This document shows, piece after piece, positions 1-13,765 of a stretch of DNA of 64,000 bases; the stretch's first letter is position 1, and each line of letters starts with the position of its first letter. The position numbers and the translations under genes are program-made. Source of the stretch: the human T2T-CHM13v2.0 reference genome, Homo sapiens; the NCBI RefSeq assembly GCF_009914755.1, contig NC_060934.1. The stretch is one strand, 5' to 3'. The notes under the pieces were generated by a model. That model was not told the DNA's origin, ran no database searches, and saw only the letters and a list, made by a program, of their open reading frames with translations.

Positions 1-230
<230 letters not shown>

Positions 231-3229
231 TGAGGCAGGTGAACCGTAAGAGGGACCTTCTGAAGCCGGTGTCCTAATTGGAGGCAAAGGGTGTGAGGGG
301 GGTGACGGGAGTGCCGCTTGGGGGCTTGCTGCCCCCACCTGGGTGTGCTCCCGCCCTCTCAGGAAGGGCCAGCTGGGCTCCCTCCTGTTGCCAAGTCTGT
401 TTGAAAAGTCGGAAACTAAGTTCTCACGTCCAGTCTCCTGCCCACTGTGAGGAATGTCGCCCATGAAATTCCTTCCCTGTGGGATCCCTTCTCCATCAAG
501 ATCTGGTCTGTTCTTGAAGACCCCACTCAGTGTCATCTTATCCCTCAGCCCCGGCTGGGACCCGTCAGCGTTGCTCAGTCCCCTCACTGTATTATCGTTC
601 TAGTAGAGCATTTCTACAGTCCGTCTTGCGTGGCAGTGAGGCAAATGCTAGGCTGGGTCCGCCAAATGGAGGCTTCCTAAGGGCAGGAGCTATGTTGTTA
701 CTCCACACCCCTCATGTGTTTGTGGAGTTTAATTATTACTTTTATTATCTACAGCCATGTAGAGTTTTGTGAGTGTAGTCTTTGTAGTAAATCAGTGCTA
801 GATAAATTGGCATGGAGTGTGGAATAAAAACAAGTGGATTCTTTTTTATTTACACTGTTTAATATTCGTGTGGGGATTTTTGCCTTCTTTCAGCTCAGCG
901 GTTGTAAAATTCTGTTTTAATTTCTGCCATTATCATAAACAGCATCCTCTGGTTATTATCTGGGTAGAGGATGCTGCATATGAGGACTCTATTGAATTAA
1001 GATTAAACAAATTGCCAGGGGTGGGACATAGAACCACTGTTGCTTTGCCAGTATTTTTTTTTTTTTTCGTCAAGAAGTTCACTTGGTGATTTAAATGGGT
1101 ACATTTACACCTATGGGTTTAGAGTCCTATATATCCACATCTATCTGTTCTTGGTAAACCATAGGAAAGCACTAACCTTTCTCTCTGAGTATTTGTGTGT
1201 ACACACATCTATAAAAATGAAATTACCTGCAAAATCACTGAAGATAAAGGTTAGCAAATTCCGTACATGGATACAATCAGTGGTGCTGCACTATGTAGTT
1301 AAACAGGAAATGGGGTTTAGTTATTAAGCTTGCGTAGATTGCTTGATATACTGAATATTTCTTGGAGTTCTATTATTTGTATTTTATTCTCAAATATTTT
1401 AAGAAGATAAGCTTCTAAATTCACTTTGGGGCTCCGTGTCATCAAATCTCATCACCAGTCACTTAGATCCCTAATTAACTTATACTCTATAGACCCATTT
1501 CTTTGCTTCTGTTTCTCTCTGCTCTCTCTAATGGTACTGTGAGTTACACTGTAAGGAACAATAAGATTTAAGAGAAGAATTAATTTAGAAAGTTAGGAAT
1601 AGAAGAGATAAGGGAAAATGAGAAAAAGCAGCTCAGTATTTTGTCTTGTAAATGGCTTTCTTCTTGTAGGCTAAGAAGCCCATTTATCCAAGGAGAGGAG
1701 GAGTGCTAATGAAATAGATCATGAACATAGCTATTACAGTAATGAATTTTAACACTCACTTTGTTATGTGATATTTTATTTATGAGCTCCTTGATCATTT
1801 AGATAAAGACAAGAAGTTTATGGCACTAGATTATGTCTTGTTTTCATAAACATATTCAGTAGTTTAATAAACATAATTTATTTTTTTCTCCTTAAAAATC
1901 AGCAAAATTTATGAGAGATTATCTTAGGGTTAATGAAGTCTAACATTAAGGAAATATTACCCTATAATATTGGAGCCTTCAGAGCTAGAGTTGTAATTGC
2001 TTAATGCTTTTTTCTACAGGCTATTTTTATAAAGTACATGCTTTGTACCATTAATCCAGTTTTTACAAGTTATACTCAGACCAATTCATTGGGAATTATG
2101 TATCCATGTTTATATTTTTCAGTCACCGCTTTCATTAAAAGATGTAGTAAACAGTTGAAAATTTAATGTAGAACAAGGGGGAAAAGACAATTATGTGTAT
2201 TTGCTCATGGGAAAGTGCAGTGCATGGGTTATCACTGCTTTCTGTCTTTGAAACCAATTCCCTGTTGTGGCTGTCTTCACCACAGGTGAGAATTTAGTGA
2301 TTTGTGGGCCCCAGGAGGACAGAAATGTAAATTCCTATTGAAAGCCATCAATAGTTAAAATTTGGAGTCCCATTAATATAGTTCAAGTCAGAATGCACTT
2401 AAGTAATGAAAAGCCCAGATGACAGGCTGGAGTTTACCCTTCCTAAGTCAGGTCTGCCAATTAGCTGGGTAATGGATGCCTGGACCCCCAAGATGGGATT
2501 GAGAGTGGCTGGAAAGGGCAGCTGGGGAAGACCACTATGGATTTTGGTCGTGTGCATTTGACTGTGTCAGCTCATTCTTTTTTGAAATTGAATTTAATGT
2601 GTTGAAAAATACCCTCTTGATGAATTAATGAACTAAAAGAGGTATTGATATTCGAATAGTGGCAGAAGCAGGGCCTTCCATCACCACCACCACCCTCCCC
2701 TGCCCCTGTCCCCATATTTTATAATAGAAAGCTCAGCAAGGGCAAAGTTTAAAGGAATCTCTTCTGATTGTCTCTCTCCTCACTGCAGGCAGGGTGGATA
2801 GGGAAGGATGAGGGCAGTGGATGAGGAACTCAGATCCATCAGTGAAATAGCTAATCCTTTACTGACTTCTTTTCACCTCTTTTGATGTTTGCCTTTTGAC
2901 ATTCTTTGGCATCAGGGCATACACTTGCTTGTGTATATGTTGGTGATGGAGGAAAATCAGGTAATGAGAGATCTGTGTGGACTTGAGTCACATTGTGAGC
3001 TGTGGTGAGGAGAGATGCCTCAAGTGTGTGCTGTCCTGCCTTCAACAAGAGAATGAGAATTTGATTTAATCCATTTTTGTATTATAAAAAATATTCAATG
3101 AGAATTCAATAAGAAATCTTACTGTTCTAGGCCTCAGGATCCAAAGATACTTAAGAATTAAGGTTCTTGTCTGCATGGAACTCACCACAAATTCAGAAAT
3201 GTTCAAATAGTTTTTAAAAGTTGAAGATG

Positions 3230-3823
3230 GCCTCCTCAAAAAGTTAAACATAGAATTACCATGTGATCCAGCAGTTCCACTTCTGGGTCTGTAACCAAAA
3301 TAATTGAAAGCAGGTCTTGGACAGATATTTATACACCCATGTTCATGGCAGCATTCTTCACATTAGCCAAGAGGTGAAAGCAACTCATGTCTATCAACAG
3401 ATGAATGGATAAACAAAATATAGCCTATATTTACAATGTAATATTATCCAGCCTTAAAAAGGAATGAAATTCTGATATGTGTTACACCACGGATGAATCT
3501 TGAACACACTTATGCTAAGTGAAATAAACCAGTCACAGAAAGACAAATACTATCTGATTCCACTTATGTGAGTTATCTAGAAGAGGCAAATTCATAGAGA
3601 CAGAAAGAAGCATAGAGGTTATCAGGGGCTGGGGGACAGGGAAACGGGGACTTACTGTTTAATGGATACAGAGTTTCTGTTTGGGATGATGAAAAAGTTC
3701 TGGAAATGGATAATAGTGATAGTTGTACAATATTGTGAATGTACTTAATGCTACTGAATCATATATGTAAAAATACTTATAATGGTAAATTTTATGGTAC
3801 GTATGTTTTACCACAATAAAAAA
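3230..3823 (+). mobile_element. L1 3' end (L1MB-like)
   Basis: Typical L1M 3' sequence: aaacatagaattaccatgtgatccagc, gatgaatggataaacaaaat, ggatgatgaaaaagttctggaaatgga, ending ttttaccacaataaaaaa. Confidence 0.9.
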
Positions 3824-3892
3824 GAAGGATATCTAAGAAGCAAGGAGAATGCAGCCTAAGAAAGATACAAATTCCCTGAGATTTTGGTATAC

Positions 3893-4215
3893 TTTTGTTT
3901 TTTTTTTTTTGTTTTTTTTTTTTTGAGACAGGGTCTGGCTCTGTCACCCAGGCTGGAATGCAGTGGTATCTTGGCTCACTGCCACCTCTGCATCCCAGGC
4001 TCAAGTGATCCCCCCACCTCAGCCTCCTGAGTAGCTGGGACTGCAAGCATGTGCCACCACGCCTGGCTAATTTTTAAATACTTTTTGTAGAGATGAGGTT
4101 TTGCCATGTTGCCCAGGCTGGTCTAGGCTGGTCTTAAACTCCTAAGCTCAAATGATCTTCCCACCTCAGCCTCCCAAAGTGCTGGGATTACAGGCATGAG
4201 CCACCATGCCAGGCC
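3893..4215 (-). mobile_element. AluJ
   Basis: Poly-T tail, gagacagggtct, ggctcaagtgatcc (J-type), both arms; degenerate TSD tggtatactttt/tggcataatttt. Confidence 0.95.
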
Positions 4216-4357
4216 TGGCATAATTTTTGAAGGATCTCAAGGTTTTATCTCCCAAAGAAAGAGGCAGTTGTGCAGGGCACAGTAACAAGCGGATTAGGCA
4301 TTGTTATTTTTTGACACTGGGTTGGGTTTCAGACCATGTTTTGTTTTTCCTGTAAAT

Positions 4358-4573
4358 CAATCCTGTCCAACTCACAGCCCATGGGTCACATGTGGCCCAG
4401 GATGGCTTTGAATGCGACCCAACACACATTTGTAAACTTTGTGAAAACATTATGAGTTTTTTCTGTGATCTTTTTTTTCTTAGCTCATCAGCTATGATTA
4501 GTGTTAGTTCATTTTATGTATGGCCCAATTCTTCCAATGTGGCCTAGGGAAGCCAAAAGATTGGGCACCCTTG
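4358..4573 (-). mobile_element. MER30 (hAT-Charlie MITE)
   Basis: Matches the MER30 reverse complement (tagctcatcagctat, ccaatgtggcctagggaagccaaaagattgggcaccc); 8-bp TSD ctgtaaat (4350-4357)/ctgtaact (4574-4581). Confidence 0.88.
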
Positions 4574-4659
4574 CTGTAACTGAAGATGTGCAGTGCCCAG
4601 GCACTTGAGCAGAATGTTGACACAAGAAACCAGAGTCACATTCACCTTGTAAACCGCTG

Positions 4660-4895
4660 TGGACTTTGGACAGATTGCCTGAGTTTAAATCTTGGCTCCC
4701 CCACTTAATGGCTATATATCCTTGGATGAGGTAATTAACCTCTCTGAGCCACAGTTTCCTTATCTGTAAAATGGGGTTAATAAGAATATTCACCTTATAG
4801 GATTGTTGGGGACATTAAGTGATACAATGCAGATAAAGTTTTTAGAATCCCTGGCCTCATAGTAAGCCCTCGATAGATGTTAGTTATTATTATTT
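4660..4895 (+). mobile_element. MIR SINE
   Basis: MIR core aacctctctgagccacagtttccttatctgtaaaatgggg and 3' end agtaagccctcgatagatgttagttattatt. Confidence 0.9.
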
Positions 4896-5867
4896 TATTG
4901 TTAATTATATGTGGTCTCATATATATATGAGACCTCTCATAATGAGATTTATCACAGAAACCTCAAAGTAATCTGTTCACCCACTTTCTACCACACTCTG
5001 CCAGTGGGGCACCATTTTATAAACAAGTGTGAATTTGACCACAAGGAAAGGAAGCTTCATTTCTTCCTACCAAGAAAGAAAGGGACTCCCTGGGGGACTT
5101 GAGACCTATTTTATTCTAATTGGTCACTGGGTCTGCATACATTATCCCTTTTTTCATGTCTATCTTCAAATTTAGCCAGAATGCTCAGAGAACAGGGTGT
5201 CTTGGATAATTTAATTTTGTGACTAACTGATAACTACAAAACACCACTTTCAGTTCAAGTTTTATTTGTGAAAAGTTTTTCTAAAATCCAGTGTCCTTTG
5301 TTTCTATAGGAAATATAGTGAATAAGAAAATTTAATCTTTCCTTGACAATGAAAGATTTTGGAGTCATTTCAGAAAATCTGTTCCTGATGGCCAGAAATA
5401 TAAATGTAGGTAAAGATAGAACTACAGGTATAATAAGCCCAGGACTACCCTGAGAAAGATTTGTAATAATGCCCTTAAAAAAAAACCTAGTCTTTGCAAC
5501 TTTCCCTTAAAATCAGAGTATGGGTGAGAAGTTATGATTGATGGTTTGGGTTCTTTGGATTTTCATTTTTTAAAGACTAAATTATAGGAATAGCTCTCTC
5601 ATCACAAGCCTTCAAGGAGTTATACACAGTAGACAAGTCACCTTGAAAAGAATAACGGCTTTATTATCAGAATCAAGGATGATATCGAGCAAAACAGTTT
5701 ACGAGTTGAGTAAACAAGAGATGCAGTCTAGCTTTGTTCTAGTTTCGAAGTCTTCCTTATTTCTCCCTGCAATGAGTTCTAGCTATTTCAAATCAGGACA
5801 ATTTTTTTTTTTTTTTTGGCAGGTGTTGGGGAGGTGGGAAGGGGAGAGGTGTTCCTAAACCTGGTTG

Positions 5868-6055
5868 GGAGGTAGTGTGTTGTATTGGATAGAGCCCTAG
5901 AGTTGGGAAACTTGGTTTCCAACCCTGTGTCCACCATGCTTAGCGGAATGACCTTGGATGGGTCAGGGGCTGTCTTTGAACCTCAGCTCTCTCTAGCTGA
6001 ATGATGCAGGGGTGCAAACTGATGCTTTCCAAGAAGCCTTCTGTTTGAACATTTA
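5868..6055 (+). mobile_element. Degenerate MIR (MIR3/MIRc-like)
   Basis: ggaggtagtgtg...tgaccttggatgggtca...gaacctcagc...ttccaagaagccttc. Confidence 0.55.
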
Positions 6056-7028
6056 GACTAGGAGTTCCATCAAGGTATCAAGCGTGCTGTCTTTCTTTAC
6101 TCTTCCATCATAATCAGGAGACTTCAGGAACTGCTTGCCAGTGAATCTGGTCGCATGGAGACCCGGCTGAGGGTGGGGCTGGTAGAAAAGCCCAGATTTA
6201 TTTCATGCTTGCTTTCCCTACCTGTCTTAGCCTCTCCCTTTCTAGCTCTCTCTTTCTCCTTCCTGCCCACTCCTTCCTGCTCCAGGCTTCTCCCCGGCCC
6301 ATCTAGATTATTGATTGGAAGTCACCAAATAGTTTCTGTAACCATGTCATCAACGGCTGCCAAGACTCTTGTCATTATTTCAGCCACACAGACTAAATGA
6401 CTAGGGGAAAATGGCATTTTCCAGCTCCGGTGCAAAGCATTCTAAACTGTGGTTGAGCTGGGGTTTTTCATTTAAACTCCGTCTGAAAGTCTTTATGCAA
6501 AACAGCCTGTTCCCAGCAAGTGAGTGAGTTCATAGAGCCCCCAGTTTAGATTCTCGTAATTTTCCATATTTCTTTAGCTTGCCCTGGTTACCCTCCTGCC
6601 TAGTGCATGGTAGACAGGAAGTACACAAAGGAATTGTGCAAAGTTTGGAAGCAACTGGCAGGTGGGTTTGCATTTTTCCAGGTTAATTCACTTGATGAAA
6701 ATCTGCTGTGGGTGATGTGTCATATATCAAAGGCAGGGCATCAGTAATCTTTGCTCAAGGGCACGGCTAACAGACAGATAGACGGGAGAATGAGATGGAA
6801 AAAAGCAACTCATCCTTTTCTGCTAACACCACGAAGGAGATAAAGGAAGATTTATGAGTCATCTCGGACCACATACCAGCAAGCAGCAAACCGTATTTTT
6901 CACATGTTCCCAAAATTGGTGGTGGAAAGCAATCTGGTTGTCATTGTGTCCATCCAGTCTTTTAGGAAACAATGGGATCCTTCAAGGGTCCGGCTGTGGA
7001 GTCAGCTCTTTGCCCTCCCTGCAAGAGA

Positions 7029-7031
<3 letters not shown>

Positions 7032-7065
<34 letters not shown>
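7032..7065 (+). repeat. (GT)17 microsatellite
   Basis: Pure GT dinucleotide run. Confidence 0.98.
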
Positions 7066-7066
<1 letters not shown>

Positions 7067-8714
7067 CATAGCATCTCTGCCCTCTTCAAGCACATGATCT
7101 TTAGTTTAATAATGTGACCTCTGTAAAATAAAGAAAAAAATATATGAGTGGAAACAGACATGACTATTGGGCCCCAGGCACTTAGATGCTGACTTGGTGA
7201 ATACTTTTTCAGTTGTCACTCATCTACTTAGTTTTACTTTTGTAATAACCAGCTTCATTTATTTCCTGCTTTGGGGTATGAGGAAGAGGAGGACACTCTT
7301 TGTTAGGTGTCTTTTTTTTTTTTCTTTTCCTACCTCTGAGATGAGCCAATCCCTGTCAGATACAAACAAAGACTTGCAGCCCAGGTTAATTTGAATGGGC
7401 TGTTTTGTGTGGAGTTAACTGAGGACACTAGTTATTGAGAGTGCTCAGGGTTTCTTTATTCAGGCAGCTCAGCAGCTGGCTCTAGAAGTGTTGTGTGGAA
7501 CAACTGATGGAAGTGTGAAGAGATTTCTTAATATTTCTCTCCCCAGCCTTGAAAAAGGCACCTGGATTGCAGCTGGATCACGTCTGTGTTTGTGACTATT
7601 TACTTCACATGGCAATTTAAAAACTATTGTAAATTCCAAAAAATTGGTTTTGAATTTTTTCTAAGGCCTCTGTGGTGTGCTCCATTTTTTTTTTGAGAGG
7701 CACACAATTAGCATTCTGTGCAGAAGGGCATGATTGATTCTGCACAGTGGTGGCTATATGAGCAAACCTCATTTAGACAGCTGAGTGAAATATACAGGGC
7801 AGAGGAATTTATGGGACCCAGAGAAGCTCACGTGCAGAATGAAAAGGAGCCACCTTCGCCTCTTCCCCCACCCCCGTCCCACTTCCCCACTCTTCACTTG
7901 TTCAGGATTTCTCCCTCTCCAGCCGCTGGGGTGCCCACTGTGTGTCATGATGCTGCTGAGCCTGACATCTCCCAGCAGAGAAGATTGAATGCCACTTAAT
8001 CATGCAGCCCTCCTGTGGGAAGCATGGAGTATGCAATCAGATAGACAGGAGGAGCGCTCAGAATCCGTTATGTGAGGCTGAGATGGTGAGGAGGGCGTGG
8101 AGAACAGTGGCTCTAGGTACTACACGCTATCCTAAAAAATGTCTGTTGGAAGGAGTGGCTTTTCTAAGTGCTTCAGGCTTCTGTACTGACCTTCGGCTGG
8201 ACAGATTATTTGGAGGGTTGGGTGTTCACCTTAGGGAATATAGGCCACTTTCTTAGAAATATCACCAACTTACTTTTACAAAGTAAGTCCAGTGTAGGAA
8301 GTGATTTTATCTTATTCACCAAAGTGGCACAGAGTAGGTCCTCTATAAACAGGTGCTGCATTGAACTGACTTAACTCTCACTAGGATGTGGCTTTTCAGA
8401 GAGGAAGCATCTTGATCTGATGGGTTTGCTGGTCTGTCCCAGTGCTGTGGGCAGTGCTTGGTACATAATACATGCTCAAAAAGCATTAGTTGAAGGAGTG
8501 GAAGAATAAACCCCCAGAATGACATTTGGTAGACAGAGCTTCTCATTTCCCTCATGGCTTATGCATAGGAATGGCTTTCCACTGAGGTGGGCAATGAGAG
8601 GGATGTTTTTCTGCTTCTTCCTTCCGAACCCTTCCCTGGGATTTGCATGCTGTTCTTTTTTTCTTTTTCTTTCTTTCTTTTTTTAGATTTGCTAAAATAT
8701 TGATTTATTTCCTG

Positions 8715-9531
8715 TTTTATTTTTTAAAAATTTTAAATTTTACTTTAAGTTCTGGGATACATGTGCTGAATGTGCAGGTTTGTTACATAGGCACACATGT
8801 GTCATGGTGGTTTGCTATACCTATCAACCCATCATCTAGGTTTTAAGCCCCGCATGCATTAGGTATTTGTCCTAATGCCCTCCCTCCCCTTTCCCCCATT
8901 CCAAGACGGGCCCCGGTGTGTGATGTTACCCTCCCTGTGTCCATGTGTTCTCCTTGTTCAACTCCCACTTATGAATGAGAACATGCAGTGTTTGGTTTTC
9001 TGTTCCTGTGTTAGTTTGCTGAGGATGATGGTTTCCAGCTTCATCCATGTCCCTTAAAAGGACATTAATTCATCCTTTTTTATGGCTGTATAATATTCCA
9101 TGGTGTATATGTACCACGTTTTCTTTATCCAGTCTATTATTGATGGGCATTTGTGTTGGTTTCAAGTCTTTGCTATTGTAAATATTGCTGCAATAAACAT
9201 ATGTGTGCATGTATCTTTATAGTAGGATGATTTATAATCCTTTGGTTATATACCCAGCAATGGGATTGCTGGGTCAAATTGTATTTCTGGTTCTAGATCC
9301 TTGAGGAATGGCCACACTGTCTTCCACAATGCTAGAACTAATTTACACTCCTACCAACAGTGTAAAAGCATTCCTATTTCTCCACATCCTCACCAGCATC
9401 TGTTGTTTCCAGACTTTTTAATGATCACCATTCTAACTGGCGTGAGATAGTATCTCATTGTGGTTTTCATTTGCATTTCTCTAATGACCAGTGATGATGA
9501 GCTTTTTTTCATATGTTTGTTGGCTGCATAA
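8715..9531 (-). mobile_element. L1PA 3' fragment (about L1PA7/8)
   Basis: tactttaagttctgggatacatgtgc...caggtttgttacatagg, ttttaagccccgcatgcattaggtatttgtcctaatgc, continuing into the ORF2 3' end. Confidence 0.95.
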
Positions 9532-9806
9532 GTTTTCTAATGCCTTGTTCCTGCTGTGTCTTGATTCCCACCTACCTGCTAATGCATCCTTGGAAGCTAA
9601 CCTTTCTGATTTTTTTCCCTTGAGTGAAATTCCTGTCCATTTAATGGCAGTCTTAGTGCTGTCGGTGAAGACTGTCATTCATTCATCTGCTAATGTAAAT
9701 TATGCCAGAAAACTTAACGTGATTTCTACTTCAAGGGATAATTTGAAATTTTAAAAAGCTATTTGATTAGAGTCTTCTGATATATATGACTTTGTGTCTT
9801 TGGTAC

Positions 9807-10272
9807 TGATGGTAGGCTAAAAATGCCCCCCGAAAAGAGGTCAGGTCCTAACCCCTGGAACAGTAAGTGTTACCTAACCTGGCAATGTATTCGCAAATGT
9901 GATTAAGTTAACGATCTTGGGCTGGAAAGATTCTCTTGGAAGGTCCTAAATGTAATCACATAGATCCTTCTGAGAGAGGCAGAGGGAAATTTGACCGAGA
10001 CATGGCAAAGAAAGTGATGTAAAGATAGACCAGATGTGAAGGGGCTGGCCTTGGAGACTGTGGTGATGCAGCCACAAGTCAAGGAATGCTGCAGGCAGCA
10101 GGAGCTGGAAAAGGCAAGGGTCAGATTGTCCCCTACAGCCTCTGGAGATAATATATTCCAGAGGCACTGATTTCAGACTTCTAGTCTCCAGGACTGTGGG
10201 GAAATGAATTTTTGTTGTTTTAAGCCACCAATTTTGTGCCCATTTGTTGTAACAGCCATGGGAATCCAGTAC
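9807..10272 (+). mobile_element. MaLR solo LTR (MLT1C/D-like)
   Basis: gatgtgattaagtta-like start, cctaaatgtaatcaca, gccacaagtcaaggaatgc, tttttgttgttttaagccacc...ttgttgtaacagcc. Confidence 0.88.
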
Positions 10273-10439
10273 GGCACCTGATTGTCCTGGCACTGGCATC
10301 GTGGCACTCCCAGAAGTTGGATTGGCATTATTATTAGGCAGCCCATTCTCCTTCATTGATGGACTTTATGGGAAGGACCACTATAGGAGAGAAAAGGGAC
10401 ACATTATTGTAGAAATGTCCTTAGTAATTTCTTTGCTGT

Positions 10440-10630
10440 GCATTATCTATTTTATTCCCATAAGAACCTTGTACATCAGATGGGTAATAATCACCCCATG
10501 TTTATGGGTAAGGGAACTTTCAGGTTATAACTTAGTTAAGGAAAGAAAGCCAGCTGGTGAATACTGTAGTTGGGATTTGAATGTAAGTATTTCAGATCCT
10601 AGTGTAGTATTTTATTCTTTTCACTATGGT
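10440..10630 (-). mobile_element. MIR fragment
   Basis: Degenerate reverse MIR: atcaccccatgttta...gggatttgaatgtaagt. Confidence 0.5.
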
Positions 10631-11788
10631 GTTATGTTTCATTTCAGCTCACTTACCATTTTCCGAGTCTCCAGGTAGCATCAGACACATTGGTATTTTT
10701 CTGGGTCTTGTTCCTTTTCTCCAAATGCGGTCTTTCAGTCCCAGCTTCTGTTATATTAATATACTTTGCTTAACCTGGAAAAGACTACTGTTACATCATG
10801 GCAGAGTACTTGACTCTGATAGCCAGGTGGCTCTTTGTGGTTCTTTAGTATAAAAAGTAACTGTGTTATATAGTACAATGGGATTGTATGTGAGTCTGTG
10901 TGTGTGACAGAGAGAGAATTGGAACAAATATAATTGAGGTGCAAAGTAAAAATGCTTTAGGATTGTTTTTGAATAACTAAATATAACTGGTCACCTAGAC
11001 ATCTCCTGTTTCAGACATCTAGCTTTTCTTGATTTGGCCAGGGCCTGCAATTCAGATGTGAGATATCAGTGTTGAAAGAGCACTTACTCCAAGGAGAAGT
11101 CAGACATAATGGGAGCTGGAACCCATCAGAGACGGGCAAAGTGTACATGTCCTATGAAGCCTGTGAGATTCGAGAGAGTGTTTTGATTTCAGAAATTGCA
11201 ATCAGAGGTTTGCTTCAGCCTTCATGCTGTCAGATTGGAGAAGTTTAACTCTGAGGACAGCTACCGGAGACACACAAAATCACCATCTTTGTATGTGCAG
11301 TCTTTGTCACTTCCAGCAAGTTATAAAATTACATAAAAGGAGCCGAGTATGATACTATCACTTGGGTTGCTACAAGAAAAATCTTCCAAATCTGAGAATT
11401 ATTAAGAAGTGTGAAAATCTCTTAATTGCAACATGTTCTACACTGCACAAAAAGACTATGTGGCCGAGAAAATTGGCAGTGTTCTGATGATCACATTTAA
11501 CAGCTGGAATGCTCCTATTCAAACCACTTTTGTAGCAATAAGGCTAATAATTTTTTTGCAAACTGCTGTGATAGCCATAATTCTGTTTTGTTAAGATGTC
11601 TTGTTTCTATGTGTGAATGCAAACATACATACTTATTTTGGTCCATCATTATTATAAGTATGGTGGGGGTGGTGGTAAAGGTGTGTTAATTTATTTTATT
11701 TTTTTATATTTCATTCGTTTTCTCCCCTTATTTTTAAAATTTGTATCAAGTATCTGTTACCTTATTTTAAAAAAATTTTAACATATCA

Positions 11789-12093
<305 letters not shown>

Positions 12094-12096
12094 TTA

Positions 12097-12395
12097 GGTT
12101 GGGTGTGATGGTTCAAGCTGGTAATCCCAGAACTTTGGGAGGCTGAGGCAGGAGGATCGCTGAGGAAGGAGGATCCTGGGAGTTTGAGACCAGCCTGGGC
12201 AAGATGGCAAGACACCATCTTTACAAAAAATAAAAAAATTAGCTGGACATGGTGGTACACACGTGTAGCCCCAGCTACTCTGAAGGCTGAGGCAGGAGGA
12301 TCCCTTGTGCCTGGGAGTTTGAGGTGGCATTGAGTTCTGATCTCACCACTGCACTCCAGCCTGGGTGTCTGAGTGAGACCCTGTCTCTTAAAAAA
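12097..12395 (+). mobile_element. AluJ
   Basis: gaggatc...gagtttgagaccagcctgggcaa (J-type); internal 17-bp tandem duplication gctgagg(c/a)aggaggatc. Confidence 0.95.
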
Positions 12396-12419
12396 GAATT
12401 AATTTAAAAACTTACAGTT

Positions 12420-12551
12420 GAAAAAGTTTCATGTATGGTGGTAATGGTTGCACAACAGTATGAATATACTTAATACTACTGAACTGCATACTTAAAAGTG
12501 GTTACTATGATACATTTTATGTAATATGTATTTCACCATAATTTTTAAAAA
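12420..12551 (+). mobile_element. L1M 3' terminal fragment
   Basis: ggtaatggttgcacaaca...tacttaatactactgaactg...tacttaaaagtggtta...atttcaccataatttttaaaaa. Confidence 0.8.
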
Positions 12552-12979
12552 GTTGTATATGCACACAGTTAAAAATGCCAATAGCATTAAACAGTCAGCC
12601 AAAAGTAAGCCTTCTTCCCTATAGCAGTTCTTTTCCCAGAGGCCACCATCACTAACAGCTTCTTTTGTTGTCTTCCAGAAACTTTTTGTGAATATTCAAG
12701 CACAGAACTATATTTTGAAAGAATTGTGTAATTGGAAAATAAAACCATATTGGCCTTGTGGAGGCCGAGGGTGGGGTGGGGCAAGAGAATGATGGATGGA
12801 AGAGAGATGGGTGGGTGAAGTGAGGCTGCTGGTGACCAAGTTCTAATTCAGAACATTTGTGGAAACTCTCCTTGCTCGGGTCTCATGCCACGCTATTTCA
12901 TCAAGGAATAGGAAGCTGAATTGGGAACTTGTGGGAAGCCAGGAGGAGAAAGTGAGTTCTATGGAGTTGTCATTTGCTG

Positions 12980-13241
12980 TAGTCCAGAGGGAGATAGCTG
13001 TGAGTAATGGGGTGAAGTTAAGCAGAGAGGAATTTAGGCTGGGAAAATCAGGACAAATTTCACAATGGGGCGAGTGTGTAGACGTGTCCGTGGGGAGGTA
13101 ATAGACGCCTTGCCACTGGAGGGGCTGGAAATAAGACTTGACACAAAGCATGAGAAAATGGATGATAGGGAACTGTCCCTGGGGGTTGGTGTGGTGACCT
13201 TAATCAGGCTCTTCCCTGCCTAGCTCTGGATTCACTGATTC
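12980..13241 (+). mobile_element. CR1/L3 LINE 3' end
   Basis: aatggggtgaagttaagcagagaggaatttaggctgg...ccactggagg...tgacct...cttcc...gattcactgattc resembles the CR1 terminus. Confidence 0.65.
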
Positions 13242-13389
13242 AGTCTCAAATGATCCAAGGGAGAGAAACAATTGCTTGGAAAATGGCCGTAGGGGATAAT
13301 GGCTATTGACAGCAGATATTGGCTCACTCTACACAGGTTCACTCCCTCCCTCCTTCCCTCCTTCCTTCCATCCATGCATTTTTTTTTTT

Positions 13390-13765
13390 TATCTAGTCAT
13401 CCATTTAGCCAAGAGTTCTTTAACACCTACTAAGTATATGTAGATTATTGAGGGCACTTTACATAGGCTAGTAAGAAAAGTCATTGCAAGAGAGGACATT
13501 TATGCTGAGGCGCGTGAATCAGAATGGAAAGACCTGGGGAGGAACATTCCCGAGAGAGGGCACTGCCCTTGCCAGTGCTGCAAAGTGTGAAAAAGCCTGG
13601 CGAGTTTGAGGACCAGAGGAGGTCAGTGTGGCTGGTGAGTGAGAGGGGTGATGAGGCTGAAAGAGCTTTAAGGTGAGGTTGAAGTCAGGAAGCAGGAGCC
13701 AGGTTGGTCAGGGCCTGGTGGGCTCTGCTTAGGAGTTGGAATTTTGCTCTGAGAGAGATGAGATT
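13390..13765 (-). mobile_element. L2 LINE fragment
   Basis: ggaggaacattcc, gcctggcgagtttgagga, ggaggtcagtgtggctgg, ggagttggaattttgctctgag. Confidence 0.75.

Noticed and set aside
312-342. Two CTCF-like GC motifs
   Set aside because: Each mismatches core CTCF positions; cannot be supported without ChIP data
1670-1740. Acceptor-like ttcttgtag (similar case at ~5310)
   Set aside because: Stops in all three frames and no supporting signal
11193-11336. Acceptor followed by a short open frame (KLQSEV...LEKFNSEDSYRRHTKSPS)
   Set aside because: Weak donor, in-frame stop and no recognisable protein
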